DNA of 64,000 nucleotides from Mytilus trossulus (GCF_036588685.1 NC_086373.1:90706001-90770000), one strand, 5' to 3'; positions 51,218 to 62,940 are shown, counted from the stretch's first letter. Notes: generated by a model from the sequence alone, not told the origin. Numbers and translations: made by a program.

Positions 51218-52782
51218 CAATTTTTAATATTTCTCCACGATATTTCTAAGTAGAATAAAAAGATTGATATTTTATAGTCCATTAATTTTCCCAATTATTA
51301 GATTTAAAAAAAACCTCAATTTTAAGCAAAGTTGTATTTTTAACCAGATTGTACTTAATTCTACTTGATTCTAAGGTATAAGATATTCAGGCTCAACAAT
51401 GTTATGTTTGTTACGTCCAGCGAAATTGTCCTATAGAATGTCAGTTGATTAACTTATCATGGCAAATATGTCATGCGTTTTCGTACAAGAAAATAAGTAA
51501 CTATACAACTGACAGGTTAGATCCGCAATAGCAGTTAGCCCTTGATAAATGGCTTGGAATGCAATAATGAGTATATGTTAAATAGGGATAGCTTTGCAAC
51601 AACCTATATCTATTAGCCTAACAGTCATCGGAATGGTTATTGGGTGTCCATATATGTATACCCTTTCTAACCATCAGTGTCCCTGTCTAACTGAAAAATA
51701 ACTGGTAAGGTGCTTATATTTTGTTCGACACCATAATGTTGGATACATTATTGATAACATATCATCTAGACTTTACAGCTGCAAGTCAAAGGTTAGATTT
51801 GCTTGCTTTGAATTTTTGTACTAAAGTTTGCCTAAGCATTGTAATTAAGACTGACATCTTCAAACAATATGAGTAGACGGAGTCCAAGTAAATGTAGAAC
51901 CATCTTGAGGCGTATACAACGTGCCCTGAACGTGTCTCAAACTTGTCTTAAGCTGTATCGTTTATCAACTCGCTTGTAACGTATGTAATATGTGTGCTGG
52001 AGGGAGATGAACAAACATTTCTTGGAGTTAGTTATAGCGTTCACCAAGCGTATACCTTGGCATTTCGACGTACTTCAAACTTATGCAACGCACGTCTAAC
52101 AATTACTTAGAATTCCTCGTTCGTGCAACTAACGTATACGAACTAAGTCAATTATATATGTACGTCAGGAGCACGTTTGTCTATACCCCAAATGTGTGTC
52201 GCCGACATTATTTATGAGTCGTTTGTAGAAGAAACGCGCGTCTGGCGTACAAACTTCAAAACAATAATTTATGATGATTTATTTATATGGCTCATGACTT
52301 GGTACACACACATATAGAATGTGACGGGGTTTAACATGTCAAACTTGATTCAGTGGTGTGACGTAATGCATAATTCAATTAAGAGAGGGGGGGAAGAAAA
52401 GATACCGACACTATCGCTCCCTGTAGGTAATATAGCTCATCTCGTATTCCAGTACTTGTAGTACTACGTCTTTAGCTTTTAGGATATGACTTTGATCATT
52501 CATGATTCAGGTAAGTTCAGAGAAAACAAATCACTTCGGAAACTCAAAATTTATACTGGAATATTTAAATAATGTATAGTTGACGGAGATACCTTTATTT
52601 TACATTAATTTTATTTACATACTCATTTGTGTACTAAATATACACGTGATTGTTAATTGTAAACACCACCATCTCTCATAAGACTTTATTAGATAAAAAC
52701 TTATTTGTAATTGTCATGGTTTGATATAAATAAAAAGAAAGGATAATGAACTACATATAGTGAAATATATTCATCAGTAAAA

Positions 52783-55700
52783 ATGGACGAAAAGGAGAGT
52801 TTAATTCATAAAAATTCAGGCGGAAAAATATTAACACGAATATGGGTTCAACTGTTTATTTTTAAAATGCTCTCTGGATTTCAATCTGAGATGTCGGCAG
52901 TGAATGATGGACAGTATATTTATCACTTTGTAAAACAACATTTATTGAATGACACTTTAACCAATGGCAGTACAGTATCAACTGAAAATAGGAGTATGGA
53001 AATTGAAAGTTGTCAGGTGGGAAACAAATCATTAAATTCCTTGGAATCTAAAGCCCAAAGTGAGGCTACAACGATAAACCAGTATTCCGAAATGATAAGT
53101 TCGGGAATTTCCGTCGTGATAATGATCGTATTAGGACCAATGACTGATAGAATTGGTAGAAAATTCTTACTTGTATGGAATGTATCAATGTTGCTCATAG
53201 GCATGAGTGTCAGAACATATGTAGTTTACAACAGCTTGGATGTGTATCTGGTCCTGGTATCGTCTGTATTCAATGGTCTCTCGGGGACACACTATACATA
53301 TGACCTTGCTTCGTCTGGCATAATGGCAGACACTACTTCAAAGGATAAACAAAGATCATTCGTGATGATTCTTTATACTTCAGCAAATGGCATTGGTTTC
53401 TTTATAGCACAGATTATAACGGGTTATTCCATTCATTATTTTGGATACATACCACAGTATTTCATGTGTGCTGGTATTCTTTTGATTCTCGATTTATCTA
53501 TAGTGGTATTTCTGCAAGAACAAAGGCCTAAACCAGCCAAACATAACGTTAAGGTTTGTTCTGTTTCACTGAAATCTCAAATCTGGTCGATGATAACCGA
53601 CGCAGACATAGGAAATAGGAAACACATTTTCTCGTGGCTGTTTGTTTTTATCCTACTAAAACTAGCAGGAACTGCATACTCACCAATTAGTAATCTTTAT
53701 AAGTTAGGTTGGCCGTTTTGTTGGAGTTCAGAACGTATAGGGTGGTATGGAGCAGGTTTATCGATTGCTGAGTGCATCTTTGCACCATTGATCATAGCTA
53801 TATTACAGCGTTGTACACCTGATGAAATAATACTACAAGTCTGTAATTTGTCATCTATAGTCAGTTATATGGCATATGGTCTTGCAATGCATAGCTGGAT
53901 GCTCTATACAGGTAAATACAGGTTAAATGAATACCATTGCGTGGTCTTAGTGTATTTATGTCCTTATTCACCAGGTTAGTTTAAAAAAATAAACTATTAA
54001 AATGCAATCTTGTAGAATCAATACACAGAGCTCAACAAGTTTCAAGTGCTCAAGAAGTTTGGATGTTTGAAATTAAATCATATCACTGAAAAAAATAAAC
54101 AAGCACTGTCGTTTTAGCGTTTTCCAATATTTTTTGTAGGACAGAACTTTGCAGTACTTGTGTACTAATGTGTAAAAAAATCTATTTATTATATCAAATG
54201 TGAGTTTCATGCCAAATTTTACAAATAAATTATTGAATATTTCATTTTGAGTGAGAACTTACGCAATGTGTATTGTTCTCATACATACATTTTGTGTATT
54301 CTTAGTTATTGGAATTGGAGTAATAGGTGACAGTGGAGAAACAATGATAAACGCAATACTATCAAGAAAAGTCAGTCCTGATAAACAAGGTAAACGGATG
54401 AACATACTCGACTTTTATGTATCTAACTAAAGTAAACAATCAAATAAACAATATGAGAGAATGAGCAGTATAATAATTTAACTCATTCTCGGTTACTTGT
54501 AGTTAAATTAGTTATGTCAGGACTTAAAATAATATTTGGGAATATATGGCAACCATTAAAATTTTTTATTAGTCGAACCATCAATCGAGCATAAGTTATG
54601 AACTTTAATGTGACGTCAAAATAATAAGTCATTAATAGTGTTTTACCAAATGTTTCACCAAATGGTATATATACAATATATGAGTAGCATAGCTTTCATT
54701 TTTAATTATGACGTTACTTCATATAATAGTTATGTATATATGTATATGGAACCAATTAAAAGATTGAGCATGCCTCGAATGTAAATGTGACGTCAAAATA
54801 ATAAGTTATTGTGAATGTTTTACCAAATGTTTTATTGACGATATGTCATCATAGAGTAGCATAGCTTTCATCCAACTAAAAAGCAAAAATGCTTAAAAAG
54901 ATAGTTTTCTAATTTCCAAATTATGATTTCATTCGACTCCACTAAAGGGTTGGGAATGGTTTCTTCATCTATCCGGGTTAAACGATCGGAAAGGTTTAAG
55001 AAAGGACACATTTGACAAGACGGATTTATTTTCCATTTCTAAACAGAAGGATAAAATCCTTAATGTGGACAGAATAAAAAATAATTCACAGGTAAATACT
55101 TTTATGTTTATTTGACAGGTGTACTATTTTCCAATATGGCAGTATTAGATTCAGCAGTTAGAGTAATTGGTGTAGCTGCATTTTCTGACATATATAAACA
55201 AACAAGACCCATATTTAAAGGCTTGGTGTTTCTAGTAATGGGTGGACTAGTATTACTATCTTCATTAATGGCACTGTAAGTCATTATAAGTTATCATCTT
55301 GCCCCATTAAGCATTTGTTTGCGATGCCTGGTTTACATGTTTATGTAATTTTGCACAGCTCTCACCGCTACAGCACTATCATAGGTGCAAGCTCTGTATT
55401 AAATTGAAAATTTTTATCTTATCTAGGCGATCATTTACGGAAGTATAAATTGAAAAAGAAAAAAACCCGTTTTAAAACATTTGACATACGTTAAACATTA
55501 ATATTATTGTGGTAAGTAAAACAAAAGTTTTGTTTAACTATTTAGACTGTATGGATACCCGAATAATACATTGAATAGGTAAAAGATACGACAGGTAGTA
55601 CGGTATTGGTATACAAGATAATTCTGATATTTGCATACGACAACCACCTATTTCCCCAAAAATTAAAAAAAAAGCTCTTAAAGGAACATGTTGTCAAAGA

Positions 55701-56083
55701 CCTATAAAATGTATCTAAATTAACAATGACACACATAGTCACTTACTTTAGACTTAGAGTTCTTTGCGCTCATTATTGTATTTAAAGAAGAGCGTTCAAG
55801 TGCTCAAGAAAAAATAAACATATCCTGCTACTCGTGCGATATCGGTGGTGATATATGCCTGTCTTGATTTAAAGACACATGTTTTTTTTTATCTTTTATA
55901 TTTTCTGAACTACATGTCGAGTATGATTTGAGATTTTAGATCAATGAAATATCTATTTAATTTATTTCTAATTTCAGATTCTTTACCTGTATCTATGGAT
56001 GTGATCCAGCACAGAAATTATGGCAAAAACACAAAATTGACGTAGAAATAAAAAACGAAAATAAAAACGTGGTTAACTCTTAA
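52783..56083 (+). CDS. SLC46-family MFS transporter, paralogue 8, most divergent (~491 aa); exons 52783-53911, 54306-54389, 55119-55275, 55978-56083
   Basis: GPMTDRIGRKF and WPFCWSSERIGWY motifs; conserved exon sizes and phases; TAA at 56081-56083 followed by AATAAA signals at about 56122 and 56146. Confidence 0.9.
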
Positions 56084-57055
56084 TATGGTGTAATTACACT
56101 GACAAAACTTGTATATCGTTAAATAAAGTTTGACTGTATTTTTATAATAAAAGTAAAATATGATAAGTTGCTCTTTTTGTACAGCTGATGACACAGTGTC
56201 AGTCTTTCATATTACCAGTCACCAAGTAGCAAGTAAATTTTAGGAGTAGTTTATAGTCTCTTTTCGTGTGTTTCGACTCTATTTTATCAGTCTCTCTCCC
56301 ACTCATATGCATTGATACTCTTTTGGTATCCCGCCTCTTTTTTAGCAGTGGCAGTGGTACTTTCAAATCCTGATTACCGCAGGTATACATGTGTAACACT
56401 GAAGTAGAGTCTACACTTGCCTAGTCTCATGGCCGTTCCATGTTCTTCTTAGTTTGATGATTTCAAATGTGTATAATACTTGGCTTGTTTTAAACATACA
56501 TGATGTATGCACAAACATATATATTTTATTCTGTAACCCCCCCCCCCCATACACCTCTTTCTTTTGGCTAAGAAAAATTCCTTTGAGATCTGCGCTAACA
56601 GACTATCATAATTTTCCATAATAAAGCAGCTAGTATATAATAAGTAAATGCCAATAATTTAAGGAAAAAAGTAAACCGTAATAAAATGAAGACTCGTGTG
56701 ACTCGGGAATATATCAGTTAACGAATATATAGTTATAGATGAATACTTAATAGTAACCTCAATGGTTGACTCGGCAATAGAAATATGGTCACTCATATTC
56801 TCCTTCTGTCCGGCAGCAAAACTCTTACTAAAAAGGGGTGTCCTATGAATGTGCAGGATGTATAAAAACACATCCAGCTCTGGTCGAACTGTGGACGTTG
56901 AATAGGCTATAGTTGTCACGCTCTCTTCACGTTAAAGAAGATTCAAAGAACTCTTGCATACGATATTATTTTTGAACTTTTACGTCATTTAATGAACCTA
57001 GTATATATCTTTAATCTTATCAGTAAACTGGTACTAGTTCTACGATAGCCATGAA

Positions 57056-60000
57056 CACCCTGTATAACCCCGATACAAATAAAACCGGACGTTGACGCGT
57101 TCGAGTCGAGCACACCGTTTAGCACTGAGTTCAGACAGTAAGGAATTCATACTTTTAAAGGCAATCCAATGTCTATTCTTCGTATATTTTGCGCCAATAT
57201 ATTCTTTGCCATAATACTCATGAGTTACTAAAAGGTTTTTAAAAAATGTGACATTTTTTTATACAAACATCAAAAAACGCACGACGATATTAATGATAAA
57301 ACGTGCTTGGTATTTTTAAACATTCAAAACTTAATGTTTCTCGTACCTCATAGTTTTTAAAACATACATTTTTGAAAACTTCATAGTATAAATTAACAAA
57401 CTTATAAAGATCGTTTGTTTATGTTGTATCTAGAAACAAAAAAATACACCTTTTAAAATGTCTCTTTTTTCATGTTGTGTACGCTTCGTTGTCATTACAC
57501 CTTTTTATACTGTACGCTTCGTTGACAAAATATTGCGTTTGTGAATGAATTTTGCATGTATTAGATTATGCTTTGATATGATTATAACCAATATGCATGT
57601 TTGAAAATAATAATTTACCATCATAACATGCAGACAGCAACCCATAATGTCAGTTGTATTGTCGAAAAACAGGAAATTTCTACATTTAAAAAAATCCTCA
57701 TGTATACAAAAGTGTGAATTGGTAGGAAAATACAATAACTCAATAGATGCAACTATGACAAAGCATACAGATACACAAGTCCGATTTCTAATTTCATAGC
57801 ATATTTGAAAGTGTTTACCATACAACAGTCAACGTACGGTTAGGTGGTGGGTTGGGTGCCCGCTAACATGTTTAATCCCGCCATATTCTGTATGTGCCTG
57901 TTCAAAGCCAGGAGTCTGTAATTCAGTGGTTGTATATATTTTTTTGTTCACACTTTTGTGCAAAAATTGAGCCGTTAGTTTTCTCGTATGCACTGACTAC
58001 ATTTGTTATTTCGGTGTGCTTAATAGCGGTGTGGGCTTTTTCATTGTTAAAGGCCGTACGGTGACATATAGTTGTTCATTTTTGTTTCGTTTGGTCTCTT
58101 GCGAAGAGCTGTTTCAATACCGCATCTTCTATTTGATATAGAAAGTAATCAAATATAATCAATGGATTATAGGTTAAGCCTTTTGGCCTGAATCTCAGAG
58201 GCGGGTCCAAAGGGGTCATAGCTTACCATAGAGTTACATTAAGGCTCAAGAATAGGTCTATGCAAGGAACATGTAACTGATAGCCATCAATAGTAACACA
58301 GTTACTTTAATGTGAAGATATAAAGATGAAGAGAAAACACTCAATATTAACTGGTTTGCTTTCTTTAATTATGTTTTTGTGTTTGTTTAATTTTTATGGT
58401 ATAAAGATTATGCTTAAATTCCTCGAACATTACAGTCTTTCTACTGTGGTGCAAAAATCTAAATGATTGGTCAGATCATTCTGGTTATTATAAACACCTT
58501 TAAAGTCTATACTCACCCATATGCATTTCATTCAAATTTTGATTTATTTCACTGAAGACCACAGGGACCATATTTATATTCCCCAGTTACCCTTGGCGTC
58601 ATTGGTAAATTATGGGTTAGCAAAGCATCAATCACCAACCTAACCTTAGACATTTGCTGTGTTTCTTCTTTACTGTTTGTACTTAACAATATATGGACCC
58701 TTTTATTTGTTTATGACACGCATACGTAATGGCTGATTGTTGGTTGCTTAACGATCACTTGCAAATATGCCATGCATGTTCAGGATAAGCACAAAGTAGC
58801 AACACATACATGTAAGTCCTGTGAGGAGACCCTCCGGAATTACGTCAGGGACGTTTGGATTGCCACTGGATAAAATGATGTATATGTTAGAAGGACACAA
58901 ATGGTGCCTTTCAACAGGCTATTTATAGACATCTCTTGAAGTTTTTGCAGGGGTTCGTACTATGTAGTTAGCGTGGTACTCTCTTTACACGAGACATTGG
59001 ATTTTATATTCCCATTCGGACAGGACGTGACTGTGTACTGTTACATCCCACACAATTAAATGGGTGGCCAACTTCAGTCAGTTTTTACTGCCGATCGGAA
59101 AAAGACCAAAGTGATCATAACTTATAGTATATCTCCGAGTCACCCTTCACCAAATTCTTTCATAAATAAAAAAAAATCAATTGGCCACACTATAGAAAGT
59201 TTTGCTCTACCTGTTAAATCAAAACATCACTTAACATTATTACAATTTATGCACACTTATGAGAACTCATAATACCGTACATCTTCTCGATACTGTTCAT
59301 ATTTGGCATTGCACAAGTTCGTGCGTTTTATTACGTCTTTACCTAAAAGCGTAGGATATACTGATTAAAACACTTTGGATACACGATTTACTTCTTAGTT
59401 GTAATTCGCTTTGAAATAACTATCAGTTACTACAACTACTCCTTTGTCGATATTCTATGTATATGGTTTTTGTGCCTTGTACCGACATTTTGAGTTTAGC
59501 CAATTGCAACAGAACTTTTTTATCATGTTGTGCTGTTACACCAGTGTTCTATGTTAAGGAGAGGGTTTGGGGGCTCACATGTTTAAACCTGCCGCACTTT
59601 GTTTTGTCGGTCCAACGTCAGAATCCTGCAGTACATTGATTATATAGATCTGTCATTTCATAAGTTATAAACTATTAACCGTAAGTGTAATCGTTTTTTT
59701 CATATTTTTTTTTTTCATATCGGGGCCTTTTTTAGGCGACTGTATGGTATAGGTTTTCCTCATTGTTAAATGTTGTACATTGGGCTATAATAGTTTATAC
59801 GCCAACTTCATTTAAACTTTGATGGACAGTTGTCTCACTGGCCATCACACCACATCTACAAAGCTCCGCATGTAAAAAAAAAAATAATTAAAAAATTAAA
59901 GCAGTTGGAATGCCATCTATGGCATTCGGCAAATTAAGTTCAACGAGCTCCTTCATGTATGTCTGCTTTCGTCTAGGCGGATTTGGACCAACATCGGCAT

Positions 60001-60803
60001 TTGGAAGAGTCAAATTGTGAAAAAGAAGTCATTAAAGTTTTAATGACTGTACTATACTTTTTGAAACTTTCTTTCCTCTGGAATATATTTATTAACTGTT
60101 CATTTCATCTGGAAAAACATTGAAAGTCTCAATTTTCAATAGAAACATTCCAAGCAGATGTACTCGAGTTACATATTTCAATTTTGGCTTTGTATGACAG
60201 ATATTTTAGGTTCAACTAGTTTGACTAAGTTAACAGATAAACATTTGCAATAAAATACAGAACAAGGGTCGCCGAAACCATCTCGAAAACCTTGACAAGA
60301 AAGTGTTTGTCACGGTTTTTGTCAACGAACTGTACAGTGATTATTTCAAAACGCACAACGAACGCGACACATTTGGTGAAACGAACAATACAGTCAGAGA
60401 AAATTTATTTTTTATGATATTGCGTTTATTCTAAGTTCTAGGGCACATTTGACGGCACGTAGTAATTCAATGTATAGTTATTTAGTATTGCTTAAGGTAT
60501 TAATACTCAAAGGTGTATGCACGAAAAGATATTCAGCATTGTTTACATCGTAAACCGTATGAAATTGCACCATGTCTGTGCGTTTTGCATCTAGCAGTTT
60601 AGTCAAACGTTTTATACAATATCTAAAACTTACAACAACTGTATAATTGAATAAAGATACTAACATGCTCATTGACATATTCATATATACTCAAATAAGT
60701 TCTAGAGAGGCATTCAAAGTTATTGTCATCCCAAATGTTGTCCTGATTATCGCTTCGAACGCGTCAACGTCCGGATTCATTTTTATCGGGGTTATACGGG
60801 GTG
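57056..60803. mobile_element. 3.75-kb non-autonomous Transib/RAG-like DNA transposon
   Basis: 49-bp TIRs (57056-57104 and 60755-60803, 4 mismatches) beginning CAC and ending GTG. Exact 5-bp TSD ATGAA (57051-57055, 60804-60808). No intact transposase; nested dispersed repeats inside. Confidence 0.78.
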
Positions 60804-61671
60804 ATGAAAGCTTCTCTCGTATTTTTAATTACGATTACTACGGTAAGTTAGTACTATTATAACAGCATTTCATAACTTAATTTGGCGTAAATGTTCTTTC
60901 ATGCTTTAAAGCCGTTATAACTTGTGTCAAATGCCTTTTTGTTACTTTGAGAATTAAGGTTTAGAGCACTTATACTCCTAAAGCACGTTCTTAAAGAAAA
61001 GAAATAGGACAGTGAACACATGTTAATAGGTAAAATTTTATGAAGTCGAGCATGGATAAAAGTATATAAAGGGTGTAAATAAAAAACCAAGGACAACTGT
61101 TATTGTCATAAAGCTTTATTTGTGTTAGAAGAATCTTTGTCTTGATGATAATACATAACTCATGTAGTAGCTACGACATCAATTATTTGCTGCATGGAAT
61201 ATTTTTTTTTCTTCAAAAGAAAAAAAAAAGGAATATATTTTTTTTTTAGATTTAAACCAATATGTTGTACAAATAAGATAACAAACACATAAATGGTATG
61301 CAATATTTTATTTTTTCTAATGTTTAATTGTTAAAACGTCATCCATATAGTATTTGTGAATGAATGTTTTTAATTTTGGCATTCAGGTTGCAGTGGGCCA
61401 GGCAACAGTATGCAGAAAAGCTTCAGATTGTAATCCAACTGAATGTTGTAAGGAAGGATTCCAAAGAAAGCGGTTTTTGTTTGACGCTCCTGGGACATGT
61501 CAACCCTTGCGAAAACAACAAGAATCATGTGACCCGTTTAATGCCACCTCCAGAAGTAATCCCAACCTGCGTTCAATAGAGTGTCCCTGTGAAACTGGAT
61601 ATGTCTGTCACAGTACAGAAGCCAAAGTCACTGCACACAACTCATTCTGTGTTTATGGCCCTGCACCATGA
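60804..61671 (+). CDS. Secreted 10-Cys prokineticin/astakine (colipase-fold)-like peptide, 107 aa; exons 60804-60842, 61387-61671
   Basis: Exon 1 MKASLVFLITITT ends at a gtaagt donor (phase 0) and joins after attcag to VAVGQA-TVC, giving a signal peptide. Cys spacing is C-x5-C-x4-CC-x16-C-x9-C-x17-CPC-x5-C-x13-C. Confidence 0.85.
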
Positions 61672-62186
61672 GTATTAAACTTGTTTTAGCAAAATCATTT
61701 TAAACTATTTTATAAATGATGTTATGCTTGTTTCGTTTCTTTTCAAATCAGCAGAAGATGAAAAATTATTAACTAATGTCACAACTAATGTATCTTCAAA
61801 TATCTATATTTGAATATCAATCATTCACTCACATAGAGAAAATTTTCTCCGATAATCAAAATTCAATAAGATTAAATCAATTAACCTTGCGAAGTATGGG
61901 CGATACATTTAATTTAATAGTAAGATGGGAATTTATGTGGTCAAACAACGCCAATCTCCTCTAATCAGATCACATTAAACAATCTGGAATAAAATGTTTA
62001 TATTCTTGTTTATTTCATTGAAATTTCTTCTATACACATGGAAAAAAGTATTGCAACACCTTGATTTTTTAAAACTTGAAAAATCAGCCTCTTTTTTTGG
62101 AGGAAATATAATAAAATATTTGTATAATATTATCGAAATATAGTTTATGATAATAGTTATCAAAAGTACCAGGATTATAATTTTAT

Positions 62187-62230
62187 ACGCCAGACGCGCG
62201 TTTCGTCTACATAAGACTCATCAGTGACGC
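62187..62230 (-). ncRNA. Minimal type I hammerhead ribozyme, copy 1
   Basis: The minus strand reads GCGUCA CUGAUGA GUCU uaugu AGAC GAAAC GCGC GUC^UGGCGU: intact core, 4-bp stem II, short stem III with palindromic GCGC loop, 6-bp stem I. Confidence 0.88.
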
Positions 62231-62541
62231 TCAGATCAAAATAGTTAAAAAGCCAAATAAATACAAAGTTGAAGAGCATTGAGGATCCAAAATTCCAAAA
62301 AGTTGTGCCAAATACGGCTAAGGTAATCTACTCCTGGGGTAAGAAAATCCTTAGTTTTTCGAAAAATTCAATGTTTTGTAAACAGAAAATTTATAAAAAT
62401 GACCATATGATTGATATTCATGTCAACACCGAAGTGCTGACTACTGGGCTGGTGATACCCTCGGGGACGAAACGTCCACCAGCAGTGGCATCGACCCAGT
62501 GGTGTAATTAGTTATCAAAAGTACCAGGATTATAATTTTAT

Positions 62542-62585
62542 ACGCCAGACGCGCGTTTCGTCTACATAAGACTCATCAGTGACGC
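62542..62585 (-). ncRNA. Minimal type I hammerhead ribozyme, copy 2
   Basis: Identical to copy 1. Confidence 0.88.
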
Positions 62586-62896
62586 TCAGATCAAAATAGT
62601 TAAAAAGCCAAATAAATACAAAGTTGAAGAGCATTGAGGATCCAAAATTCCAAAAAGTTGTGCCAAATACGGCTACGGTAATCTACTCCTGGGGTAAGAA
62701 AATCCTTAGTTTTTCGAAAAATTCAATGTTTTGTACACAGAAAATTTATAAAAATGACCATATGATTGATATTCATGTCAACACCGAAGTGCTGACTACT
62801 GGGCTGGTGATACCCTCGGGGACGAAACGTCCACCAGCAGTGGCAACGACCCAGTGGTGTAAATAGTTATCAAAAGTACCAGGATTATAATTGTAT

Positions 62897-62940
62897 ACGC
62901 CAGACGCGCGTTTCGTCTACATAAGACTCATCAGTGACGC
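62897..62940 (-). ncRNA. Minimal type I hammerhead ribozyme, copy 3
   Basis: Identical to copy 1. Confidence 0.88.

Noticed and set aside
51909-52189. Possible degenerate MITE (ggcgtatacaacgtgccctgaacgt ... acgtcaggagcacgtttgtctatacccc)
   Set aside because: TIR similarity is loose, and no TSD or second copy was found in the window.
58326-58398. Hydrophobic ORF MKRKHSILTGLLSLIMFLCLFNFY as the signal-peptide exon of the Cys-rich peptide
   Set aside because: Weak donor (gtataa), needs a secondary acceptor, and lies inside the transposon. The exon at 60804-60842 has a consensus gtaagt donor and matching phase. It cannot be wholly excluded as a transposon-derived alternative first exon.
60478-60684. 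Minus-strand ORF (..FRYCIKRLTK..YDVNNAEYLFVHTP..) as a remnant of a RAG1/Transib/Chapaev N-terminal zinc domain
   Set aside because: Only a vague resemblance, and the key cysteines are missing. It needs a profile search and is not supportable by eye.
62269-62866. Twin 80-aa ORFs in the 355-bp repeat
   Set aside because: They begin at non-ATG codons, are broken in the third unit and in dispersed copies, and show no protein motif. The conserved feature is the RNA structure.
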